DNA from: Thalia democratica
Taxonomy: Eukaryota
Length of the DNA stretch: 64,000 bases
Direction: 5' to 3'
NCBI GenBank assembly: GCA_965202585.1
Contig: OZ241826.1
Span: 13,330,001 to 13,394,000, forward strand
Below, piece by piece: positions 14,101 to 26,423 of the stretch (position 1 is the stretch's first letter; every line of letters starts with the position of its first letter). The notes beneath the pieces are model-generated. The model had not been told where the DNA came from and did no database searches. It saw only the letters and a list, made by a program, of their open reading frames with translations. The translations under genes were made by a program, and so were the position numbers.

Positions 14101-17100
14101 CATGGATTCCTGAAAAACCTCGAATTTGACAATTTAGGCATAAAAAACCTATAAAAAGCTTGAATATTATAAATTTTGAAAAAAAAAAAACTGGAATTTC
14201 GAATAACTATCACTAAAAAACCTGGAATTAGAGAATTTTTTCATCTGAAGTAAGTAAAATTTCGAATAAATGTAAAAAATCTAACATAACTTCTTTTAAA
14301 AGTTAATTTATTTTTTTATCTAAAATTAAATTTAAAGTAGCTTTACAGTATCTATTTAATGTTGTTATATTTAAGACAGTTTTTTAACTTAAGTTTAATC
14401 TTGTATAAAAAATGGACCAAAAAGCTTGTTTTTAAAAACTTGGAAGAATTCAGAAAACCTGAAATGATTTTACTATAAACATTTGGTAACCCTTCTCTAA
14501 TATCCATGATGCCACATACTCACTTACATACTACCTATAACATTATCACATTACATACTTAGCTTTTCATCTTTACCTCATGTATTAACTGTAGTATTAT
14601 GATATCACATTATTAATGTCATTATTACGTCACATCTCAACCACATTATTACGTAACATAGGAGGCAGCAAGCACGGTTTGTCTTGTCGGGACGTTTTTG
14701 GTGGGAAAATTCAGGGTGGATCCCCGTTTTCGAGAAGGATGTCGCACAACGGAGAGAACAACGGAGTCTTTCCATTGTTAGTTTTGTTGTGACGTCATAA
14801 GTTTTGATAATGATAATACAGTTACAATTTAGTCAAAACGATTTATGAACAAGCTTTTTGGTAAATTGGTCAAGAAGTTGCAAAGTCAATAGATTAAAAA
14901 CGTTTTTTTTATTAGCTATTTATAATTAGTTAATTTAATTTTTATCTATAACTGTTACAATAATGTAAGACTAAAATTTTAAAGTTTATCAGAACAGACA
15001 TTGCTAATATTTTTTAATAAGGTCTTTTAAAACACTTTTAAATCTGTCTGTATTTATAGTAAATAAAAGTTTATATGTTTTTACGAAAAAAACAGTTGTT
15101 TTTAGGAATATGTTATCAATATTTCAATATTAAGAAAATGTTTACCGATTGTAACTTTAGAAAACTACATTTTATTGACTGAGTCAGTTACAGTAAATAG
15201 ATGTAAATGCAGTTATAAGTTTATTGTGGTTTTTAGATTAGCATTTAAAGTAACAAAGTAGATAAGACAAACGAATATATATAAAGTGATTTACAACATA
15301 AAAAATATCAAAGTACTGTTTTAATTTTGGAATTTTTTTTCTATAAGTTTGAATGATGTTTTTGCAAAATGTTTGGAATACCAGACTGCTTCTAAGAAGT
15401 ATTAGACATCGATTTTAAGTTTTTTATAAATATTTAAAATTTTTGAAAGCTTATTTTGAAAGTGAGTATTAAAGATTATGTATAAATAATTAAGCTAGAG
15501 AAAATGGTCTGAAGTCAAAAATAAACTTAATACTTTGAAATTGAGGTAAAATATATTATTTTATCTTTCATACATGCGACTGTAAAACATTTTAGTGGTT
15601 AGAATTTCATCACGTAAAATGTGTTAAACAACATATATTTATTTAATATTATCTAGATATTAGTTGTTTGAATATTTGATTTATTATTCTTTTAAACTTC
15701 AAATTATTTTCATTAATAAAAACACAAAAAAAATGTTTTTTTTTTATGTTAGATTTGTATCTAAAATCCTATAAATAAATTTATATAAAAAAAAAAGACT
15801 GATTGTTTACTGAAGAGTATTTTAGCTGCTTGATTTTGTTATCAATACTATAATTATTGTGTTTTTGTGTTGCTTACTTAAAATAGCTGTAAAAATATTT
15901 AAACAAATTCCCACATAGTTTGTCATTTAGTGATATATTTAATAACATTTAAGAATTCTTAGCTTAAAAACTTTTAAAAAATCTTCTTAAAGTTAAAATA
16001 AATTAATGTCCATTTTTCATTCGGTTTTAAAGTTTTTCATTCTGAATGTTTTTTTTTAATTTCTCTCTGAAAACTTAGTTTTTTGATAATCCTGATAAAA
16101 TTTATATGAATTAAAATCAGTATTAATAATTTTATCAAAAAATTATACTATTTAAAAAATGAATACAGTAAAAAGTGCTAATAGTTTAAACTTTATTTTT
16201 CACTAAAACAATATTTGAAATGTTTATCTGTATTTACTTACAATAAAACAAAATTAATGATGTTTATTTATGATGATAATTCAATTCATAATTACTACAA
16301 ACAGTCACGAAATATGCCGGGTGAAAAAAACATGATTCATGATTTTTATAATTGCAATTAAGTTTCATGTGCATTTATTTGCAACTACTTTTGTAAAAAG
16401 TGGATTTTTGCTAGACTAATTAAATTTATTTGGTTATATCAGTTAATTTGTATAATTTACTTAAATTTTTTAAAGTTTTGTATATCTACATAATTGAAAC
16501 TAAATTTATGTTTAGTTGCAACAAATGCTATTTTTGTAAAAACTACCATTTTTTTTTGCTAGAATATTTAAAACTTATATGGTTATATCACTTAATCTAT
16601 ATAGAAATTTTCTATTTCTAATAGTTTTTGTATATTTTTATAATTGCAATTAATTCATGTGCATTTAGTTGTAACTAGTTCTGTTTTTGTAAAAACAGGA
16701 ATTTTTTGCTAGAACAATTAAAACTTATATTGTTATAACAGTTAAATTATATAATTTTTTTCTAAATCTTAAAGTTTTTGTATATCTATGTAATTGAAAT
16801 TATTTTTGTTTAGTTGCAATAAAAGCTATTTTTGTAAAAACAGAATTTTTTTGCTAGAACAACTAAAACTTTTATGGTTATATCACTTAATCTATATAAA
16901 TTTTTTTTAAATTCTAATAGTTTTTGTATATTTTTATAATTGCATTTAATTCATGTGCATTTAGTGGCAATACTATTTTTGTAAAATGTGGATTTTTTGC
17001 TCGACTAATTAAGTTTTATTTGGTTATATAAGTAGATTTTTATAAAATAAAATAAAAACTATGTAAGTTTTTATAATTGTAACTAATTTCATGTGCATTT

Positions 17101-20100
17101 AGTTGCAACAAATACTTTTTTTGTAAAAACAGAATTTTTTTGCCGGACTTATTAGAATTTATTTGGTTATATCAGAAATATTATATAAACTTTTTTATTT
17201 ACTTGAAGTTTACGTAAGTTTTTATAATTACAATTAATTTCATGGGCATTTAGTTGCAACAAATACTATTTTTGTAAAAACAAAAATTTTTTGCCGGACT
17301 AATTAAAATTTATTTGGTTATATCAGTAAAGTTATATAATTTTTTTTATTTACTTAAAGTTTACGTAAATTTTTATAATTGCAATTAATTTCATGGGCAT
17401 CTATTCGCAACAAATACTATTTTTGTAAAAACAGGGATTTTTGCTAGACATATAATCGGTTATATCAGTTAATTCATATAAGGTTTATTTTTAAATTTCT
17501 TAAAGCTGCTATAAACTGTTATAAAAATGTTTATTTATAGGGTTTGAAAATTTTTAAACAACACTTTTTCTTACTGTAAAAATTTTGTAATTTCTAATAT
17601 ATGATATTAGGTTATATCAGTTGATTTTTAAAGGCAATTTCTTAAATTTCTTAAAACTTTTGTAAATTCTTATAAAAGTATTCACGTTATAGGTTTTAAG
17701 TTTTTTAACAAAATTTATGCTATTAAAAGAATTTGGTATTTTTAATATACCTTTAAACTTTAAAAAAATAAGTTTTTTTTTAAATTTGTTGTTTTAGTTT
17801 GTAATAATGATCATCAAAAATATTATTTATTTTTTAGTTTAGTAAATTGATTTAAACTTTTCATAAACATTTTGTTACATATTATTTATGTGTTTTGTTT
17901 TTATAATGTTAAATGGTGTTTAGTTATTTAATTTACAGTAAATTTTAATCTACATCTTAATACAATAAACAAAAGTTTCTTAAAATTAGCATAACTACAA
18001 TTATAATGCCTAGTTTTTCAACAATCGATAACATTAAAAATTAATTCTTTCGGTGTGTCATGTAAAATGTTTTTCTAGTTAAAATTTATATGGGTCATTT
18101 GAAACAGTCATGCTCTAGTTTTCAGAAACTCTGCAATAAAATATGGAAATGTTTGAATATTTCAGTTTGCTGACCTCCGAATATTTCCGTTTGTTTTTGT
18201 GGTCGTGATTTATGAGGCGTTGAAATATTTTAAAACTTTAAAAAGTAATTTCGTTTTTTTATTCTTATAAATAAAACGTACTAAAGTTTTGTTCTTATTT
18301 TATGATTAATAATATCCTATATAAAAAAGGTTTTAGATCATAGGTTTTTGAAAGTTTAGTTGTTTTAAAGTTTATTAAAGTTTGTATTTATTTTATGATG
18401 CCTTATTTTAATTAAGTATATAGTTTTAGTAGACTAAATTCAATCAAATGATTTTGAAAGTATAGTTTATTTATTTTTTTATAGTATAGTTTAAACAATT
18501 TTGCTTTAAGTTTATCGTACTTTATGTAGTTCAGTCATACCTTATAATAAAAGACTTTTAAGTGTTTTTTTTATTGCTTTAATACTAACTAGCTTATATG
18601 TATACATTTATGGTCTTAAAAATAAGCACTTTACATTATCACATGTTGTATAAATACTTGTTTATTTTACTTTCAAAAACTTTATTTTATACATGAATGC
18701 TAAAAATTTGTTTTTTTTTTTAATTTTTTTTTAGGCATTACAGAAAGTGAAATAATTTCTTAGAAGTTAAAAGTTTTATGTGTTTTTTATCTTAATAGCT
18801 TTCAAGTAGTTTATGAAAACTTAAAATAATATTTTATATTTCAAATTATTAATGTGGCATATGTGTTTTGAGTTCGTTGGATAAGTTCTAAAGACTAAAT
18901 AATTAAATAATTCAAATTTAAACAAAAAATATTTTTAACTAATCTTACTTATTAACGAGTTGATAACTTTGAAAACTTCAAGTAGATTACAATTTATTTA
19001 AATCAAATATTAAATAATTATTTAAACCTTATTTTCAACGAAGTTCTACTAATTAACAGATTATTTTTCATATATTCGTTCTTAAGTTAATATTACGTCA
19101 TAATGTATTTAAATCTGACATAAATAAGCTTCTTGCATAACTAGTCTAGACTGCTGCCAAAATTTGAGTAAAAGTATGAAATAATCAATTTAAAATGTGT
19201 TTTACTTTTTTGCAAGTTTTTTAATAGTTTAAAAATTTATCATTATACTACTACCCTATAATGCCAATAAATTATTTTATATGTAATTACAACAATATGA
19301 GAATAAAAGTTCTATAAAACTTTTCATGTAATTGGTTTTTAAAAGAAGTAACATAAAACCTTTAATGCACATTAAAACAGCCACTTGAAATTGTTATTAA
19401 AGAAAATCATTTTAATAAGTTTCAAATAAAATTTAGTTTTAAAATAGTTTAAAAGTGGTTAGAGTATGTTAACATCAAGTATAAATACATATAAGACTAA
19501 TTGATCAGCAAAAATAAAATTACATCACAATTCATTAATTTATAGAAGTAAGTTTTATTAAACTATTTTTATATCGTAGCCTGATGTTTCTTTTCTATCA
19601 ATCATTTACACAAATAATTCGGAAGAATAGCTATTTGAGTTAGTAAAAATAGTTTGGTTATGTTTTGGGTAGATGGTTTTAGTTGCTTCTGTTTGTTATT
19701 TATAAGTTTAGAATAACTAATGTATCATTGCAATTTAATGAAAACTGAAGCGAACTGAAGGTATATATTTATGTAAAAAAAACTATGTTTGGTTTGTGTT
19801 AGCAAAATGAATAGATAGGCTGAATGTTAACTTTCTAAAGAATAATTTTTTTAGTAACTTTTTTTCAACAGCATGCACTCTCAGTGTAAAACGATCAACA
19901 ATTTCGATATGAACAAATTACCACCAAATAATAATTATGAGGACAAATATTTGACTGAAAGTTTTATACCACACCATCCTAAACCTATAGCTGATGTTAG
20001 TTTTAATTAATTATTATTATTTTTTTAATATTTGACTGAAAATTTTATATCACATCACCCTAAACCAATAGCTGATGTTAGTTTTAATTTTTATTGTTAT

Positions 20101-23100
20101 TTTTTTTAGTTATAAATATTTGATTGAAAATTTTATACCACATCACCCTAAACCTATAGAGTTTTAATAAAACAATTTGTGATCCTTGTCTAATGCTGTT
20201 GATTTAATTTTTCTTTTGAAAACTTCATAAAACTGTCATAAAAAATAGTTAAGTTTTTAATTAATATTTGATAATATAAAACGTTTTTAAAGACTTTTAT
20301 TTATGAGTTTTTAACATCTAACCTTTATAATGGTTTGTAAAGGTTTTTTTTTTGTAATTTTTAATAACTTCATGTTTTACCATTGATGTAAGTTTATGTA
20401 TTATTTCGTGTTATTTTTTTGTTTTTGGTTTAACAATACCATAGTTTGTACTTACAAACACTATTAGTGAAAAATTTCATTTGTTGACTGTTATACAAGT
20501 ACATTACTGAGGATTTTATTACGTAACTATGACGTAATTATTCTTATTGTTACGTCATACAGACGTACACGCCGCTGTTGTCTCGCCTCAACAACGGACG
20601 GAGGAAACTGAAGATGGAATCCTCGTTTCAGTCGGGAACCAAGATCCAGTCGTTCCTGGAAAAGCTCAGGAGCAAGCAGTCCGGCGGTAACCACGGTAAC
20701 CTGAGCGGTAACCAGGCGAGTGCCCCCAGAACCCAGCACAAGTTCCGACCCCTCAACGACAAGTTGCTGCCCAACAACAGAAATAATTCCGGTTTGTTTT
20801 TTGTTTTGTTACTTTTTCTTCTGAATATTCAAACTAATTGTACCAGCAACAGAAGTTTTTATTTTGGTAATTTATTTGCTGAAAATATATTTCTTATCCA
20901 TGAAACAATCAGTTAAAAAATCAATAAAAAATATCAGTTTACTACTAGGTTTTACACAATTTATAAAACTATTTAAATTTGTTATTTATAAGTTTAGAAT
21001 AACTAGTGTATTATTGCAATCAAATGAAACCTGAAGCGAATTGTATTTATTAAAAAAATTGGTTGATTTTTGTTAGCGTGGTGATTTTTTTAAACATATC
21101 AGAGCAACAAATGTTATATAATTAATTTTTTTCACCTGTTGTTGACAATTAAAATTTAACTAGTTTTCACAGCATATTTAGTTTCTTTGTTATTTATTTT
21201 TAACTTTTTTTAATAAGATGCGTATTAGTTTTGAAAATTCATTCCAACAGTTCACCTACCAACCATGTCAGTGTACGATGGGCCGCGGAATCGACTGAAG
21301 GCCCCAACAATGGTCCCGGTGTCAAGGAAACGCCACATAGTAACGCATCAAGGGGGCGACGTTTCTAACAGCGGACCCCACAACAACATTAGCCGGATAC
21401 CCAACAACCAGCAACACGTTATCACTACGCAAGGTATAAAATATTTTCTTTTTTTTTCTTTATTATAAACAATTGATTACGTTGTTTAATGTAAGTTCTA
21501 ATATACATGTTAATTGAATATATTTTTTGTTTAAGAATTTTTATCACTACACAAAGTATGTTGCGATTTTCTCTTTGTTATAAACAATTGGTTATGTTGT
21601 TGTAAAATATTTTCTCATTATTTGATTATGTTGTTGTAATTGCCACTTTACCTGGAAAAACCTGGAATTTTAACAAATTTTGAACAAAAAGCACTAAAAA
21701 AACTTAAAATTTGAACAAGTTTCACATGTTCAGTAGTAAATTTTCAATTTGACTCAAAAAATCTATCATAGAAATTGAGAACTTTTTGTCATCATCAAAA
21801 AACTTTTTTATTTAAAAACATATTTAAAGAAGCTTTATGATATCTTTTCAGTGTTTTTATATCATTTAATACAGTTTCATATCTTAACTTTAAACTAAAT
21901 ATAGACCCAAAAATGTTTTAATTTTAAAAACCTGGAAGAAGTTTAGAAAACCTGTTAAAATTTTGAAAAAAACGAGTGGCAACCCTGTGTAATAATGGGT
22001 ATGTAAGTTCCAATATACTTGTTAGTTGAATTTATTTTTTGTCCGAGAATTTTTATCACACAAAAGGTATGTTGTAACGTGTTGGTTCATGGAAAAAATT
22101 CAGTTACTTTTACTGGTGCTTATATATTTTTTATTAAAAAAAAATATTTTTTTACGAACTGAGGTATTAACCAAGTTTGATGGCTAAAATAATTCACCTA
22201 AAATTGACTTGAAATTATAGTTTAAAAACTATAAAAACTAAAAAAAAAACTTTCAGGAGTTGGTAGCACCCTCAGTCAGGTGGTACAAGGTAGAAGGTTG
22301 TCGTCAACAACGTCATCACCTAGCAACCATCACCACCACCTGGTTGCTAAGAAACAGAAGCTGCAACAACAACACGTCAGCGCCATCAAGCGGAAAAAAT
22401 CTGACAACCCAACTGTTGTCACAACTTTGTTGGTTTTGTATTGATTTTGGTAATCTATTATTATTGTAAGTATTACAAAATTAATATTTGAAAAAGTTTT
22501 TTACTACTGTGTTTGTTTATTTTGTTAAGATTTATATTTAATTAAAAATCTGATAATACAACTGTTTTTACTACTTTGTTTATTACTGCATTTCATACTT
22601 AAGAAAATACTATTAAATTGATTAGACTTGTCATTATTTTGTTGACTTTTTTGAAGTTTTGTTTGTTATTCATATTATGATAACAAACTAAAATATTTTT
22701 TATTTTGAAAATTTATGCCTTTTTTTTGAATATTGTTGTTATTCTTTAAAAATCTAATAATCCCACTATTGTCACTACTTTGTTAGTTTTGTTTATTTTT
22801 ATCAATATATTTACATTATTTATTAAATCTCTGATAATATAACAGTTGTTAATACTTTGTATTGATTTCGGTAGTATATTATAATAGTAAATCCTACAAA
22901 ATTAATGATTTAGAAAATATTTTTTACTACTGTCTTTATTTATTATTTTAAAGCTTATAACAAATTATAAATATATTAATACAACTGTTTTTACTACTTT
23001 GTTTATTACTGCATTGCATATTTAAAAACATATTATTAAATTAAGTAGACTTGTCATTATTTTGTTGATTTTTTTTGAAGTTTTGTTTATTATTCAAATT

Positions 23101-26100
23101 GTGATTACCAATTAAAATACTGTTTATTTTGAAAATTTATATTTAGATTTTGAATATTATTATTACTATTCATTAAAATCTGATAATCAAACTATGTTAG
23201 TTTTTTTTAATTATTAAAAAATCAATTTTGTTACAAGTTTTGCTTTTGTTTGTAACTTATTTAATGTTACTGATTTTTATTACATTTTTATGTATTATGT
23301 TTTCTGGTGATAAATACTAATTATTCTAAAAAAATCTAAACATAAAAAGAGTCGTTTTTATGAAGATAAGTTTTAGCATATATATTTTGTTAGTATTAAA
23401 GATACTTTCTATGATATGTATCTAATTTTTATTCTATTTACAAACTTGATCTTCTACAAAAATATGTTAAACACATAAAACTGAAAAATACGAAAAATTT
23501 GAATTACTTTATAACTTGTATGGCTATTTAAAATAATATATTTGTTTTGGTAATTGTTTAAAATTTGATTTTTTCTTATTGACGTTTTTGTATTTTCAGA
23601 TTACCTCATTTTTTAAGTTTTTTTTTAGACTTTAAGTTTTATAGGCTACTTACCAAGTTAGCTTGTATTAAATAAATACTTAATTAACTTTCAGTATTGT
23701 TACTATGAATAATTAATTTGATACGCCGTTTATAAAATTTGACCAAGTATGTTAATTTGTCACCGTTTTAAGTTGTCAAGTTACTTGAGCTATGTAGATT
23801 TATAAATACAAGTTTTCAACTGTTTATATTTCCATCAATTATAGTTTTTTTTTCTAAATTACTTACTAATTTTTCTTATGGTTAACTCTTTTAGTGTTGT
23901 CAAAAGTTGCTTATATTTTGTCATATTTTTATTTATAAGACTTAAAATTAGGAATCTAAAAACTTTACTAATACTCTAAAAAAACAATTTGATAACTCAT
24001 ATAGAATTTTATTTCAAACTTTATTTAAAAGTCATTTTCAACAAATTATATATATAAAAAAGCTTTTTAGTCATATTTAAGATTAATTATAAATCCTAGC
24101 AAAAAGTATTTGTAGATTGAAAAAAAAATAAAGTAATAAAGTATACTAAAAACAAAAAAAGCTCTCACATTTTTACCGCTACAAAAACTAAAACTACTAA
24201 GCTAGTAACTTAATTTCAAAATTCATAACAAATTTTTTCTTCACAGTGGGGGAAATACCATCAACAGGACGTCATCCAATCAGCTTGCAACATTGCTTCA
24301 GCAACCAGTCAAGCACAAGGTGGCGCACCAGAGAGGTCAAGTTGTTTACAACAAATCGAACCAGGGACTGAATAATCAGAAACAGCAGAAGAGAGTTGGA
24401 GTTATAATCAATTCGACCAGCAATAAACCGACCATACCAAGGAGACCTATTGTTAGTTAATATTTTATTACGTAGTTTATTTTACTCCTAACTATTTAGA
24501 TTTGTGTTTAATATAAATGCTTTAAACAAAGTAGATCAGTTGTATATAGATTAGTGTTAATGATTACTTTAATAAATAAGGTTATTTAAAGCTTATATTT
24601 CTTCAAACTTAAACCTGTATGAATGAATATTCTTTTTATATCTCATGTATACCTAGAATCTTAAAGTAAGTAAAGTAAATTATTTAGTAGAACTACATAC
24701 ATTAAAATAAAATGAAGTAATTATTACTTTTCTTACTTACCACATATTTTTCTTGATCTTATTCTATGCATTTTTTCTGTTATACTTACTGTTCAACGTT
24801 TAATTATGGTTACTTTCTGTTGCTTTTTTGAAATGAAAAAGATCCACAAATTATAAAATTTTTCTAATAACTTGTATTTGTTTTGCAGACAACCACAGGA
24901 AACACAAGGATAATAACAGCAACTCAAAACAGAGAAAATAAATCCTACATAGTCAACAACAACAATAACAGAATGAACAACAACAATAACAGAACTATCA
25001 CTAACAACAACAGATTAAACAATAGCAATTTGTCTTCGATATATTCAGATCAGGTCACGGTTAATTCAGAGGTAAGAAAAATGCAATTAAACTTTTATGC
25101 TTTTAAAAACAAATTAATTTATGCTTAAAGTTTATATTTTTGTTTAGTTACAAATTCAGTGAGTCTAAAAATTTATATAAGTATAATTTTTTGATAGTTT
25201 TTATTTTAGTTCTTTAAAGAAAGTTGAAAGGAAGATTTTTATTGCTTAACCTACTAGTTTTTAGTAGTTGTCAAAACTTGTACTAATAATGAATATCATA
25301 GTTATTCTACCATTAGTTTTATAAGTTTCTTTACTTTTCTCTGTTATAAAACATATTTTCTTGTGAATAATAATAATATAAAATAAGTTCACACTTTAAA
25401 AAATGTTTTATTTAATAAACAGTGTGTTGGTACATCTAATAAAAAGCTTGTATTTTAATAAACAATAGTAATATTTAAATTATAATTATTTAATCTTTAT
25501 ACAGAGCGTTGGTACATCTTATTTAAAAAGTTTATTTGTTAATCAATTTTTAACTTTTTTTTTAAACATATTGTTGGTACATCTTAACTAATAAGTTTAT
25601 TTGTTAATTAATTAATTTTTTTTTTAACAGATTGTTGGTACATCTTATTTGAAAAGTTTATTTTTTAATTAATTTTTAATTATTTCTTTTATACAGAGTG
25701 GAGGTACTTCTTACAGTTTATTGGATTTGGTCGATCAAATCCAACAGAGTCCTGTTCAGAAAAGTTTAAATCAAGGTTTTTAATTTACTATTTGGAAATT
25801 ATATTTGTAAGTGTATTATACTACATTAGCGCATTATTTTTTTACTAATTAATCTTTAACTCAAGGTTAGTTTAAAACATCTAGTTGGTATTTAACTGAA
25901 AAAATATAATGTTTTATTTACTTATGTTCTATATTTAAAATAGTTTATCACATCAAGTTAAAACACTTAACTTAAATTATTTTTATTTAATTTTTTTTTC
26001 TATATATACAATTTATTACATTTCCAGGATGAACTAACTAAGACAACTAAATTTTTCAGTTGTTTAAGTTAATTAATATATTTTTTTCAAATGTTTAAGT

Positions 26101-26423
26101 TAATTAATATAATTTTTTTAAAATGTTTAAGTTAATTGATATAAATCTTTCAACTGTTTAACTTAATTAAAATAATTTTTTCAATTGTTTAAGTTAATTA
26201 ATATAAAGTTTTCAAATGTTTAAGTTTATTAATATAAACTTTTCAAATACTTAAGTTAATTAATATAAACTTTTCAAATGTTAAAGTTAATTAATATAAA
26301 CTTTTCAAATGTTAAAGTTAATTAATATAAACTTTTCAAATGTTTAAGTTAATTAATATAAACTTTTCAGGACGCCCGAACCCCCTTAAAGGTCGCAGTT
26401 ACAAGCAAAATGAAAAATACTGA
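4882..26423 (+). CDS. ATXN7: Ataxin-7 / Sgf73 family protein (SAGA deubiquitinase module), multi-exon, 5' end unresolved
   Basis: Exons at 9263-9376 and 9827-9967 translate to KREYDADKHCGVQLTGEPRCLRSLTCKTHTITLKRAVRDRSKSFDELLAESRAR, the SCA7 zinc-finger signature (human-like REFDPDxHCGV...CTRSLTCKTH...FDxLLAE). The downstream HHPKPIA motif also resembles the family. GT-AG exons with mutually consistent phases: 4882-5157, 5557-6184, 6676-7313, 7544-7744, 8513-8557, 9263-9376, 9827-9967, 14662-14776, 19872-19995, 20563-20791, 21251-21433, 22257-22428, 24247-24451, 24889-25071, 25697-25775, then 26371-26423 (or 26028-26032). Confidence 0.87.
5557..6184 (+). CDS. ATXN7: ATXN7-like exon, Lys/Pro/Ser-rich low complexity
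   Basis: taatag acceptor, open frame continuous into track ORF 5877-6188, AG|GTGACA phase-2 donor. Confidence 0.82.
6282..6561. mobile_element. hAT (Charlie-like) MITE
   Basis: TIRs CAGTGGTTTTTAA / TAGTGGTTCTAA; 8-bp TSD GTTTAAAC / GCTTAAAC. Confidence 0.7.
6676..7313 (+). CDS. ATXN7: ATXN7-like exon with KLPSNN(N/I) heptad repeats
   Basis: tttcag acceptor, same frame as ORF 6896-7420, G|GTTTGT donor. Confidence 0.82.
7544..7744 (+). CDS. ATXN7: ATXN7-like exon
   Basis: taacag acceptor, frame of ORF 7570-7776, G|GTTGGG donor. Confidence 0.8.
8513..8557 (+). CDS. ATXN7: ATXN7-like small exon (GNNKPIRKTKWIALS) preceding the SCA7 domain
   Basis: Long pyrimidine tract + ccag acceptor, GTAAGA donor, phase 1-1. 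Confidence 0.75.
9263..9376 (+). CDS. ATXN7: SCA7 zinc-finger exon
   Basis: KREYDADKHCGVQLTGEPRCLRSLTCKTHTITLKRAVR; H-C...C...C..H zinc ligands. Confidence 0.92.
9827..9967 (+). CDS. ATXN7: SCA7 C-terminal helix exon
   Basis: RSKSFDELLAESRARTHQMKK; caacag acceptor, G|GTTTGT donor. Confidence 0.9.
9920..10870. repeat. ~193-bp tandem repeat comprising the exon 3' end + donor + intron start
   Basis: aagattagtcaggaaaagtacaagggtgggaaagg...tatatgggt at ~9913, 10104, 10296, with decaying copies at ~10492, 10671, 10817. Confidence 0.85.
13371..13954. mobile_element. Foldback / long inverted-repeat element (arms ~264 bp, spacer ~56 bp)
   Basis: 13371-13634 is a near-perfect reverse complement of 13691-13954 (e.g. 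agctgaagtgacgtaaaatcggcagggtatgacgcaac). Confidence 0.85.
14091..14493. mobile_element. AGGGTT(G)CCA-type hAT-like MITE
   Basis: AGGGTT...TGGTAACCCT termini, imperfect 8-bp TSD actctaac/tctctaat; internal cctggaa/gaatttgacaatttaggc shared with other copies. Confidence 0.6.
14662..14776 (+). CDS. ATXN7: ATXN7-like exon (GGSKHGLSCRDVFGG...)
   Basis: GC-rich island in an AT-rich intron; phase 1 in, phase 2 out; GTTAGT donor. Confidence 0.75.
16343..17720. repeat. Intronic satellite, ~150-bp unit, ~9 copies
   Basis: tttataattgcaattaa...tcatgtgcatttagttgcaac...tttttgtaaaaac...tggttatatcag recurs at ~16343, 16486, 16635, 16786, 16931, 17068, 17221, 17372. Confidence 0.85.
19872..19995 (+). CDS. 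ATXN7: ATXN7-like exon (MHSQCK...PHHPKPIAD)
   Basis: caacag acceptor, phase 2 in, GTTAGT phase-0 donor; HPKP resembles the conserved HPQP motif. Confidence 0.8.
20563..20791 (+). CDS. ATXN7: ATXN7-like exon
   Basis: atacag acceptor, frame of ORF 20578-20916, G|GTTTGT donor. Confidence 0.8.
21251..21433 (+). CDS. ATXN7: ATXN7-like exon
   Basis: caacag acceptor, frame of ORF 21265-21468, AG|GTATAA donor. Confidence 0.8.
21635..21987. mobile_element. AGGGTTGCCA-type MITE
   Basis: Right TIR GAGTGGCAACCCTG, decayed left TIR, internal cctggaaaaacctggaattt as in the 14091 copy. Confidence 0.55.
22257..22428 (+). CDS. ATXN7: ATXN7-like exon (His/Gln runs)
   Basis: tttcag acceptor; frame GVGSTLSQ...NHHHHLVAKKQKLQQQ; phase-2 GTTGGT donor required by the next exon. 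Confidence 0.75.
24247..24451 (+). CDS. ATXN7: ATXN7-like exon
   Basis: tcacag acceptor; open phase-2 frame (GGNTINRTSS...RRPI); GTTAGT donor. Confidence 0.75.
24889..25071 (+). CDS. ATXN7: ATXN7-like Asn-rich exon
   Basis: ttgcag acceptor, GAG|GTAAGA donor, frame of ORF 24883-25128. Confidence 0.8.
25697..25775 (+). CDS. ATXN7: ATXN7-like exon (SGGTSYSLLDLVDQIQ...)
   Basis: atacag acceptor, phase 0 in, phase 1 out. Confidence 0.7.
26052..26370. repeat. 31-bp minisatellite, ~10 copies
   Basis: Unit ttttcaaatgtttaagttaattaatataaac, head-to-tail without spacers, ending in a real ttttcag acceptor. Confidence 0.9.
26371..26423 (+). CDS. ATXN7: Probable terminal coding exon (GRPNPLKGRSYKQNEKY*)
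   Basis: ttttcag acceptor followed by GC-rich sequence open in the required phase 1 to TGA; alternative acceptor at 26027 gives an immediate stop. Confidence 0.55.

Noticed and set aside
26052-26370. CRISPR-like array
   Set aside because: The 31-bp units are head-to-tail with no unique spacers, in a eukaryotic intron/UTR context.
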